Source of the DNA: Lingula anatina
Lineage: Eukaryota; Animalia; Brachiopoda
NCBI GenBank assembly: GCA_051362555.1
Contig: CM120640.1
Span: 13,268,001 to 13,332,000, forward strand
Length of the DNA stretch: 64,000 nt
Direction of reading: 5' to 3'
Shown here: positions 40,138 through 51,428 of the stretch, one piece after another
How the letters are laid out: every line of letters starts with the position of its first letter
How positions within the stretch are numbered: position 1 is the first letter of the stretch
Position numbers and translations under genes: made by a program
Notes under the pieces: model-generated
Database searches by the model: none
Seen by the model: the letters and a program-made list of their open reading frames with translations, nothing else
What the model was told of the DNA's origin: nothing

Positions 40138-41850
40138 TGTTTGTTCACCTTGATATTACCTTGAAAACATTCAAGTAAGATTTTTAAATTAAAAGAGACA
40201 ATTTTAAAAGAGTCAATCAAGTGGAAAGTTAAAGATGTCACGAGCTAATGCTGTAAATAGCCATGAAAACACTGCAGATTTAAATTAAAGATGTTCACAT
40301 ATTTCGCTTATTCATTTCCCCAACTCTAAAAATCAAATAAACTTGGTTAATTGATATAAACTCTGTTATTTTGGGTTGAGGCTGTTTTTGTCCGTAATCA
40401 CCACAATATGAGTCATGCAAGATTTTAATCTTTATGTACTCAATTTAAAAAGACTCAATATGTGCTACTTTTTAATATAAATTAGAATTAAAATAGATAT
40501 ATCCGGAAACAATTCTATTCGGTGGTGAAACGTTTGTACACGAAACTAGCAAGTTTGAAAGGGTAGGAAAACTAGGTAACCTTAGCTGACAAGAAACACC
40601 TGTCAATGCTTCTAGGTGTTTCTTGTCAGCGAAGAGAAGTTAATTTAATTTACATTAGCAAGTTTTGTTCGCACAGCTTCACCTCAACTTGGTAACGGGA
40701 CATACCCAAAACTCAATGACTCATAATGAACAAACCTAAATCTGAGCAGAAGAATCTCATTACGTAACCACGAATTTTTGGCGCCTGTCTATAGGTAGAG
40801 GAGGAAAAAAGTCCAATAAAAATATGGCTGGCGGTAATAAAAAGCGTAGGCATGGCTAGATATCATAAAATATTGAGAAGAACGCATTAAGTGTAGTAAT
40901 TATCTGCTGAATGTAAACAGTCCGACTTAGTAGACATACACTCGCAGACAGTGGAGATCATAACATTTCATCTGGGGCGAGGGTAGTGCACCTAAAGAAA
41001 CCGTTCTTAAAACAGCTCAGTAATTTTGCCAGAACAGGCTTACTGGAGTGATATACCGTTTTAGTTAATATATTGTCTTAACGCCAGATGTATGAACTAG
41101 AGAATCAGTAAGGATACAGGCATATTATAGCATAGATGTCCATTTGCCAGGTGCGTTGACTCACACATTTTTCTCCAAGGTGCAGGTCTATATCGCAAAT
41201 ATAATATAAACACTTCGGCTCCCCCTTTCGCTTACATAGCAGCAAACCACTCATATAGCAGTGGGCTTTATACCATCAATTACTCATGGACTTCCAGAGT
41301 CGAATATCCCACAAAAATAATGTTTTAACTTAAAAGAACCAAGTATATTATGTAAAATGTAAATTGATCGTTAAACAATAACGTCTACCTCGCCTAGTCG
41401 GCCTAGTTGACATCACATAGCAATAGTAAATATATTTGCAACTTTTAGTTTTACGTTTTACTTTACTCAACATTACTAAAGCTCGCCGACAAAGGTCAGT
41501 TCGACCTGACCCACATTAAAGTCTAGAGCAAAATAACAAACTTGTATACAGCACACAGTCATATCAACACGATAACGTGCTCGCTAAAATGAACAAGCGC
41601 TTTATGAATTGGAATTGTTTGAAGCAAGATTGAAGAGGGGGTGTTGCAACTAAAATAGACGCATCAAAATTGAAATCGCTAGTATTGTAATTGAAATTGG
41701 AATCGCGAATAAGGTGTAACGTAATCATTCGATCCTTACATATTTCCATTTGGCCTTACAAATTGTAGGCGAGATTCAGTTTACGTTTTCCTTTGATATT
41801 ATTCTTGTCCTACTGTTCAGAGCATACCTGTGTCTACTTACCTAGCTTCA

Positions 41851-41970
41851 GGACCGTGAATTGGGATGTGGCCGTTCCGAATCTGACTGGATGAAATGTG
41901 GGCTGGGCCGTGAAAGGTAAGTAGGCCAAGTGACGTCATGCACGTGTAAATGGAAACGATTGACGCATTC
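41851..41970 (-). promoter_or_regulatory. Putative core promoter and non-coding first exon of gelsolin A, with CRE
   Basis: About 90% identical (9 differences in 88 nt) to 53804-53891. Palindromic TGACGTCA at 41931-41938. Minus-strand splice donors nearby (aggtaagt ~41841, caggtat ~41827). Confidence 0.7.
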
Positions 41971-42808
41971 AGTCACTGCGGTAGGTGTATAATTCGAGTC
42001 AGAATTGTGTCCTGCACCTCTAATGGGTGTATACACCTACTGCAATTCTATCTGTCATTATGCAGTTTTAATAAATTTTATTAAGCAACAAAAGGAAAAG
42101 ATTTGTCAATTAAATCTTATTATTTTCGTGCTTTAGTTTTCTAGTAAACATAGCAAATCTTTTGAAAATGATCTTGTGAAAGTCTACAAAAGTGTTTCGT
42201 TCTGATAGTTCTGTGGAAACGATGCCTTTTTTATGAGCCTGTTTTTGCATATCTCATTTCACGCGATTCGTTATCATAACATTAACTATTCTAAATTAAA
42301 GATATATGAAGCTTACACTGCATTATGTAGATATGTCAAAACAGCACACAGCAATTATAAATCCAATATATTTCTAATCGCAGTGGCAAGTACCAGCGAC
42401 AATAATTAATGGTGAAATTAATTCGTTTTCCACCTACAGGTACATTAAACCAGTTTTAAATGCTTGTGAAAAGTGGAAAGGGTGTCCTCCAACAAAAAAA
42501 AGCTTAAAAGTAGCCTCATAAAACCATAAAGAAATAAAAGTTTACTGATATAATGCAAGACATAACAACATTCGAATAAATATCTTTAAAATCAAATTCT
42601 GTTTCTATTTAGAAACATGCTTACATAATTACAATTTAGTGACAAAACTTTTTACTCTAGGCCGTGAACTAGGATCTTTGTTACACTGTACCATGACCAC
42701 AGTTTGATTTATTACTAGTTTTTCACAAACATGCGCGGTCTGTCCAGTGAGAATTTATGTATGGAATTGTCATTAGTAAGCAGGCCTCTGGCATGGAGTA
42801 GATATTTA

Positions 42809-43493
42809 TAGTGGTGGTCAAACCATGATAAAGAAAATTAAAATATCTTCGAAAGTAGAAAAGAATTACAGGGTACCCAATAACACCAATAACTAGACGA
42901 TTAACTTTTTCCATAAATTTATTCTACTTCAAAACCAGTCCTACCGCCTATTTCATAGAAGGCTAAGGCAAAATCAACAATATTTAATCCATGATCTGAA
43001 AATTCAACATTAATTATAACAATCAAAATGAATAATCTCTTGCTTATTCCTACACGAGCCCACATTTTACAAAGTTAATAACGGTTAATATAGAAAAGAG
43101 AGGGGAAAAACAGCATTGATTCAAAAATGTCATACATTCATGTTGTGTAGTGGTGGTCAAACCATGATAAAGAAAATAAAAATATCTGAAAGTTGAAAAA
43201 AATTACAGGGTACCCCAATAACACCAATAACTAGACGATTAACTTTTTCCAAAAGTTTATTCCACTTCAAAACCAGTCTTACCGCCTATTTCATCGAAGG
43301 CTAAGGCAAAATCAACAATATTTAATCCATGATCTGCAAATTCAACATTAATTATAACAATCAAAATGAATAATCTCTTGCTTATTCCTACACGAGCCCA
43401 CATTTTACAAAGTTAATAACGGTTAATATAGAAAAGAGAGGGGAAAAACAGCAGTAAGTCATTGATTCGAAAATGTCATATATTCATGATGTG
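42809..43493. repeat. Direct tandem duplication, ~339-bp unit x2
   Basis: Units start with tagtggtggtcaaaccatgataaag at 42809 and 43148. They are highly similar, with a few substitutions and small indels. Confidence 0.95.
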
Positions 43494-43711
43494 TTTTCCA
43501 GTGTATCCATTGTATCATAATGTTCTGCTTTAATATAAGCTAAGGCTTTTGTTCGATGCGACTCTTAGCATGACGCCATTGCAAGTTTGCATATCGAATA
43601 AGCAATAACTAGTTCTGTATATCTTGGACGATGTTCACGTTAAAATGATTTAGTAGTGAAGGCATGGCCATCCCTTGTAAAGTGACCGACAGAGGAACTC
43701 TGTGCTCATAT

Positions 43712-45629
43712 CTAGGCAGCAAACGCCATGTCCATGGTTGCGTCCACTTGACCTTGTTTTACAACGGTTATTGGAATAAAGGGGTTGGTGCTCTTCATCA
43801 GATATTGCTGCGGTAGAGAAAAACCATTTGTTAAGAAAGAAGTAAATGCACAGCAAAAAGGGCAGGGTTTAATTATTTTAATTATGTTAAAACATACTAC
43901 AAAAATTTTTTTTAACCTGTGAGATGACAAAATTGTTACAGTATTAATGACAGTTATTGTCGATACAAGAGCTGGTCAGTGTTATACTTTTTAATGTTTT
44001 GGTAAAAATAATCGCAATCGATTTAAGAACTGTCACATATAAAGCCTGCACCTTGAATGAAGCTTCGGTTATGCTTTATCTATGTCAGAAATTAAACTCG
44101 ATTCTTTGGTTGACCAAATAATAAGGCACACCAGGTTAAGCTTATGGTAAGCTTACATTGGGAAAATACGATATCCACATTTTCTGATTCAGTTAAAAGG
44201 CAAATTTATTTTTGTAAAACCATCTTGACGTGAGCAACGTGACCTTTAGGCACTTACGTGAGCCATTGTCATGCCCTTGGTCTTTTCTGCTTTAGAAGCA
44301 TCTTCGCCTACCCACACGATACAGTTCTTTCCATCATCCAGAAGGAAAACATCCTACCAAAATGAAATTGCAGACAATAAATCGAGTAAAATATATATCA
44401 TATAATCTACTTTTCAAAAGACGCCGCTGACACAATGGAATTTTAGATCCAATAGAACTTTATACTTTAGGGAGGAAACTCCCTCAAGCAATAGTAGGTA
44501 ACGGATTTTATGAAATACCAGGTGCGCATACAAACTCTAGGACAGAAAATATACAGCAGCGCGAAGTTTAATTCAATTGATGTTAGCGTAAAAGGACTAT
44601 TATTTTTTAAAAATGCAAATGCAATTTTTTACCGCAGGGTCCAAAAGGTCTTTCGTCACAGCATCTCCTTCTGCTTCCAGTTTCATGTCGAGAGATCCAT
44701 CGGCGTCTGACAAACTGGAAATCGAAACCGATCAGGGAAAATAAGAAAATAAAACAGCTGCTTTCGTTTCACATATTAAATATATTTCCTTTTAATTATG
44801 ATAAGTATGAGTAAATCTAATATGAGTAAATCACTGTGAATAATGATGCCATTTCCAAATTTATCCAAAAAACATGTTCTTGACGTCTAAGTGCTGAGGC
44901 ATCAAAGTACCCAATAACCAGTGCCAAACGCATTTTACCATATTTTAAAACTTTTTATCCGTCACAGAATTATCATCTGACACCAAGTTTGCCAGTGAAG
45001 AGTGTTCTTTTCATATATCTAGCTGCCAAATAAAACATACATGCCCTTTAATTATTGCAAACCATGTACGGTGAAGTAAAAATCTACGCATCATGTTTGC
45101 ATTTATGATGTCAATGTTGTAACGTTAACTTACACGGTATATGCACGCGCACTTACCGGTAAAGTTCTTTCACTTTTCCCGTGTCCGCTGGTTCCGAATC
45201 GCCGTTCTCTGGCTCGCCGTCTTGCAGATGACTGTAGAATTCGTGCTGTGGGAAGAACGAAGGTATATATATACGTCAGGATGTAAAATTTCCGAATTTA
45301 TTCTATGAAATGTAGGTTTGAGCGTTTTTATACATGTGCATATAGGCCTACGTATAAATAACTAAAAGTATGGGGGCTGCAACATCAAATCTTTAGATAT
45401 AAAAATGCACGATAGTTCAGATGGACATGACTGGGTTTAGCTGTCAGTAACGTTCGTTTCGTTTAAATGCAATGATCTGTACTTATTTTTCTAATTTTCC
45501 AACTTTTCAATTTGCCCATTAAAAAGTTTTATACTCAACCTAGGGTTTAAGACTGCAGCAGAAATAACAGTGTGCACTAAATTCATGCCATCTGTGAAAA
45601 TACACATATAAACACAGAGAAAGAGACAA

Positions 45630-45674
<45 letters not shown>

Positions 45675-48600
45675 CTTGTTAAACTATAAAATATAAGCAG
45701 TCTTCTCGTCGGTTTTGCAGAGTCATGGATTGCAGGCACTTCAATATAAGAAGCAATCAATCACGACGATTTTCAATGCTATGTAGTAGTGAACTTTTTC
45801 GCTTAAACACTATTGGGGAAGCAAATTCGTCCATGCATGTTATAAAAGGGTACAACAGGGTTGCAACACTGTTGAAAGGTATAATACAAATGAAAATTAA
45901 AACGTAAGTCCTGTCAGTATGATGCACTCATTACATTATAGATTATAATTCACCGTATTATAGCATTCGGGGAATGATGTTCCAAAAACTTTGCCCTTAA
46001 TGTTTACAGCGAGATCCAAACTGCAGCATGCTGTATACATTCTAATTGCAAAATGGAGTGTAAACTGCGCTTTTTACATAAAACGATTTCACAGCAACTA
46101 TAGTGATGAGTATTGCACTGCTAAAGTTTTTATTATAATATCACTCAAGTTACTTCAGTGATAAAAGAGACAAAATTGCGCTCATGACGGTCTGCATAAA
46201 ACTCAAATGTCAGTCTTGCTGACATCGTGCAGCTCACTGCATGCGGTCGAGGAACACTGATGCAAAAAAGTGTCACACCGCAACTTACTGATTTCTTCAA
46301 GAAGCTCACTTTTCGCGCGACCACCGCGCTTACCTTCGAGCTGCTAGCAAAGGACCTAAGAATAAATAGCAAAAATGTATAACATGACCTTAACCTAAAA
46401 AAGAAATTTCACAGAATGAATACTTACTGCAGTAGAGACATCATTCTCGTCAAGAGTCTCTGCAGACGCTTTGCCATTCCTTTCGTCTTTGATCTTTTGA
46501 AGATATTGCACTGCCTATAAGCATATATACTTAAATCATGTAAAAGTATATGTGTACATAATTATCACATACGTATATTTAATAAAGTATATCTCCTTAA
46601 GGCACACGCAAACACATACAACCTTTCACGCCATTATGCTAACAAAATTTTGATATACAAAGTACACTGTACTTCATCTGTAACAGCACGGCATGCTCCA
46701 CGTCGTATTACCCCACCTCACTTCAATGTAATAACCACTAAATGTAATATACTATCCATATGTATCACATGTTTGTAACACTAAATATTCAGTTGGTTTC
46801 AATGCTACCCGTAGTACAGACAACTGTGCTTGATGACAAAATGCACAACAAACGCACTCTCATCTGGTAGAGTCTCATATCTTACGTAATTTTTTTTAAG
46901 TATTTCACATGAATAGGAAGAAGATGCAGAAATCCATGCATATGACATTACTTTGATCTCAAAACCCACCCACCTACCCACAATAAATCTAAAGAAAACA
47001 CACAATATATAGGAAACCACCGCAGTAGCTGGTTAGACTGCCTTATAAAAGACCAAGAGTTATCCGCTTGAAACACTACCTTGAACCGCTCATCCTTGTT
47101 GGAACCACTGCCGTTCCACTGATAGAGTTTTAGTCCCAGATCCAAAATATACACATCACCAGAACTGAGCAACGACTTATACAGTGGAACCTATTTTTTA
47201 AACAAAAAATAGTAAATGGTCGTTTCCATTCATACATCTATTAAAAATACCTATATAATAAAAAATAAAAAAGGTAAACAAGTTTTCTCAAGTTTGCTAC
47301 CATAGTTGATATATACTAATTCAGTTTAATTTGGCATTCTGATGTGCATCAAATCTTGGAATTTTAACGATACAGGTACAGAGATCTAATAGAATGTGCA
47401 AACCAAGTCTGACCAAACTGGTGTCGCTCTATGACTTAGATCGATCCATCTGAATCGACCTAACTTCCTGGGGGTTCACGCTAAATTGCTATCAGCTCAA
47501 GAGGCTTAAATTTCTGTCACGCCTACCGAATCAGCTAGGGGTAAAGATAATTACCCCTTAACAGTTTTACTAGGCGTGACAGACGTTTAAGCCGGTTAGT
47601 TTGATAGCAATTTAGTGAGACTCCCCAGGGAGATAGATCGATCCAAATATCTGTGGGAATGGTCCCTATTTCACCACATTCGAGTACGCACCTCTTTGAC
47701 TTCAATATGACCCTTGGCGCCACTGAAGTGCAATAAACGAGGCTCGTACTGTTCGGGGGCCACGTGTCTGAATCCGGTGTCACATCCTCCTTTCAGCACA
47801 CTAAATATAAAACAGCGGAACATTTAATTCTTGGTGTTAGATGTAGGCCTACCTCATCAAATTCTAATTCTCGGAATTACTGAATTCCAACCAAAAGGCC
47901 TTATTATGGTGATTTCTTCTTTTTTTATGTAACAAAGTATTTAGAAAACCATGAAAACACTCCTCTTTTAATCAAGTCTATTTTCAATGCAGGCCCTACA
48001 ATCATGATCTTCAGATCAGTACAGCAGAACTATGTCGTACAAGTACTTGCTCGTTCTACTTCAGAATTAGCAAATCCGTGCCCTTTCCCCTTTGCGCGTT
48101 TTCAGCCACAACTTACGAAATCTCCTTGAAGTAAGACTTGAATTTTTCGGATTCGTAACCCTCCACTTCTCTATGCTGCACTGGTCCATCGTCCAACAGA
48201 GTGTCCAGTTCCACGGTCTTGTAGGCCGCAGTGCCGTACTCATCCTATAGAAATAAAAACTTACTGCATGTTCATATCTTACAGCACGGATATGAGAAAC
48301 ACGTTCTGTAATTTAACTTTATTATTTTTGTTTTAATGTATCTATCTTTCTAGAGTTATAAAAATTGTGTTAAAATACTGGTTATTAGTAACACTGATCG
48401 AATATAACTTACTAAAATAGAAACTTTACTGCAGAGGAGGGAGATAACATCTGATGATAGCACGCCATAGGATCTAATAACTTCATAAGACTTACGAAAA
48501 CAGTTATTAAAATATAGTCAATTTTTATATAGGAACTCCGCTCAATCACTTCTTTAAAAACATTACTTGAAGCAGAAAAAGACTTTTTAAAAGACGTCTG

Positions 48601-51428
48601 AAACGATTTTCTTTATGTTCTATGTTTTTGTATCTAGAAACTCACCTGTGTGCTGTATCGGCCGATCCAGAAGTGAACATCCCACTTCAGTGCATCAGTA
48701 TCCGGATCTTTGTAGGTCTAAGTAAAGGGAAAGGAATAATTGGGATAAAGGGTACCATGACAGTACATCTCACCTACACCTCGTGATTTAATGAGTCTTT
48801 TTGACAAAAAAATGACGTAACTAATTAAGCACAAGAGCTTACATTTTTAGTGGGGGAAATATTTAGCAATAAAGTTGTAAAAATGGGTGAAGTTGCACAC
48901 GTTTCCTTACAAAAGCACTCATTTTAGACTTTGTGCACTGGTAATGTGAGCCATGCAAGTAATTCAAGACATGATACTTAGTATCAATGTGGACTCTTCG
49001 ACACGGAATTTGCTTGCGCTTTTGACAAAATTATCGTAATGATTTTCTAACGACCTGAGCTTTTATCCACATTTTTGTGACTTCATTTTCAAAAACATTT
49101 GGTAAACTGTTAACAATTCATAGTCACACATTCAAATGATGACAAAAATTAATATAAGTCGGTTAACGTACGTTCAGAATAATGTAAGAGTCGCCATTAT
49201 AGAATGTGCCATATTCATCCTTGGGCCAGTGTTTGACCTTGAATTTCTGAAAGAAAAAATTAAAGATATTATGAGAGATGTGTTTGCGCATATCACTATA
49301 CCTACTGGAAAACAATGAAACAGGCATGCTCACTGTGACTATCTTTACCTCAATCGGCGTGTGCCAATAAAAAGAAAGCTTCCTAATACGTAACCAACCA
49401 TAAATGCCATTAGTAATTTCATCATTACTACAGCGTCGTTTTTTTTACTCCAAGCATACATTTAGTACTACATTAGCCACTGTATACAAATAACGCGGCA
49501 TCATCTGCATATTATTTCAGTGAAGATTATGTTAGAAACACAAGTCTCTTTTGTATATGAATCTCATAAATTTCGCAGCCATCGAAAGGGAGGCTGTGTC
49601 GAGGAGATATTAAGACTACTCACCTCAATACGCCAAATCTGCAGACCAACCTCCAGCCCGGCCCCCTGCCATGCAGGCTCTGTCTCTGCCGACTCCTCTG
49701 AATTGAAGAAGAATATATACGTTAATTTATTTTATTCAAGTTTTCTTCTGAAACGTACTATTTTGTTTCTGTGTGTGGAATGCAGATATCCTGTCCAGGG
49801 TATCCAACGACACCCCTTAAAACCCAAAGACGAGAACTACAAAAACTAATATTTTTCATTCAAATGTAAAAAAAAAAAACATTACCATCAGCATACTATT
49901 TTTCAAGACGTATGCATTACTGCAGCGCAATAATATTGGTATTCTCTGAGATCTACGAAATATGGCAAAGAGAAAAATAACTGCTACTGAATTTTCGTAT
50001 CGAGTGGGGGTCGGGGTAGATATCACTGGGGCTTAATCTTCTGTCTAAAACAGTTGATGTCTGAGCACAATTTCTCTAAACACTCCGGTCTCATGTTCTC
50101 TTATCGTTATCGAGTTTCACAGTAGCGTCAATGAATAGTGCACGTAGTTCTAACCTGTTACGACACACACGTACATTATTTATCAAATAACAATAGGAAG
50201 GTCAAACAATCACATCTTAATCTCCACTGATAAAAGACTACCTAATGGAAAGGAAGCAATACCTGAATCATACATAGATCGATAACCGTGCCTTTCGCAA
50301 AACCTGTCGGGATGCTGGTTGATGCAAACACAGCGCGTCCTTGGCAATTCAATGAAGTTCAAGTGACGGGTATAAATAATAAAATGAATGTTTTGATTCA
50401 TCCAGTTGTATTATAATAACATGATAAGAAAATTAAATATAATACTGAATCTTACGTTAAAACGAATATCAAGGCGTTTCTACTTGATCACAAGGCTTTC
50501 TTCGGGTGAACTAATTTTGTGTTGTCACCGGTGTCTCGTGGTGACAGTCTGCGTGGGGGTATAAAGCTGACGAGGGCATCAGTGCGACATCTGTCGACAT
50601 ACACCACTCGCGTTCTTTACAGCTACAGGTACAGTTACATACAGCAAGACAGGATCTGACAAATGCCCTGACAACTTATCCGTAGTAATAATGAGATCAT
50701 CTATAATAGGCCTAATGAGAGGTCGAAGAAATATTAAGGAAAGTTCAGCGTATAAACATGTACCGTAACCACATGACATCAAATACTATGAAAACATCGT
50801 AGACCGCTTTTTGGAGTGTAAGTATTTAAGTCGTTATGATGTGGAAGACATATTTCACACTCATTTCCTCTAAACAGCGGAAGTTGCATACAGTGTATGT
50901 GGTAGAGGAAATGACGGGGGGAAACGCAGTGACTGGGAGACTTGCGTAGAGGGCGTACTAGAAAATCGGCAACTAACCCTTAGATTATACCTTCTCTGGT
51001 TACTTGGGAAATATTGGGCATTTACTGTTAGATATATTTTAATTCTAAACATCAAAAAATTTGACTTTATCTGAGAATATTGAAATGTACTTTAGAAAGG
51101 AGAAAAGTAACGATACTCACTCTTCACATCTTTTTCAAGTTTACTGCCAAAGAGGGCCAGGTTGGAATCCTTCCAGTCATACTTCTTCGCTTTGACTAAG
51201 CCTTTAATATAGAAAGCGTGGGGTGTGCAAATAATGTAAAAAAAAATGACAATTACGGTAGCAGACTATACACGGAGGTCACACCATGTGTTTACATCAA
51301 ACTTACTCTAGGGCACATCAAAATGCACTCGTTAAAGTCTATTTATAGCGATATGTTTTTCTGAATGTCACGCTATTGCGTTGTTCATAAGGTATCTAAT
51401 GAAAAACTACAAACAGCTCACCTGCCAT
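43712..51428 (-). CDS. Gelsolin-like protein (three-domain severin/fragmin type), paralogue B, ~368 aa
   Basis: 13 coding exons at the same intron positions as paralogue A: 51428-51422, 51201-51121, 49697-49624, 49246-49172, 48717-48646, 48244-48117, 47800-47692, 47190-47080, 46514-46428, 45245-45157, 44714-44633, 44353-44258, 43807-43712 (1107 nt including stop). Translation [22 protein letters not shown]...GLQIWRIE...TMDMAFAA. Confidence 0.93.
45633..45671. repeat. (GA)n microsatellite
   Basis: Directly visible. Confidence 0.95.
46289..46355 (-). pseudogene. Dead alternative exon in gelsolin B (homologue of the exon used by gelsolin A, 33757-33837)
   Basis: After a ttag acceptor it reads [21 protein letters not shown], against [27 protein letters not shown] in A. 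It has an in-frame TAG and a frameshifting length of 67 nt; the gtaagt donor is retained. It lies 72 nt downstream of the exon B uses. Confidence 0.88.
47451..47646. mobile_element. Foldback MITE in an intron of gelsolin B, related to the 31465-31726 element
   Basis: Arms atcgacctaacttcctgggggttcacgctaaattgctatca...ctgtcacgccta / taggcgtgacag...tgatagcaatttagtgagactccccagggagatagatcgat. Confidence 0.75.

Noticed and set aside
45685-45793. Possible dead A-type copy of the next (linker) exon inside gelsolin B (HYYIALK vs DFYDALK)
   Set aside because: Under about 60% identity over ~35 nt, wrong length and no convincing donor; indistinguishable from chance by eye.
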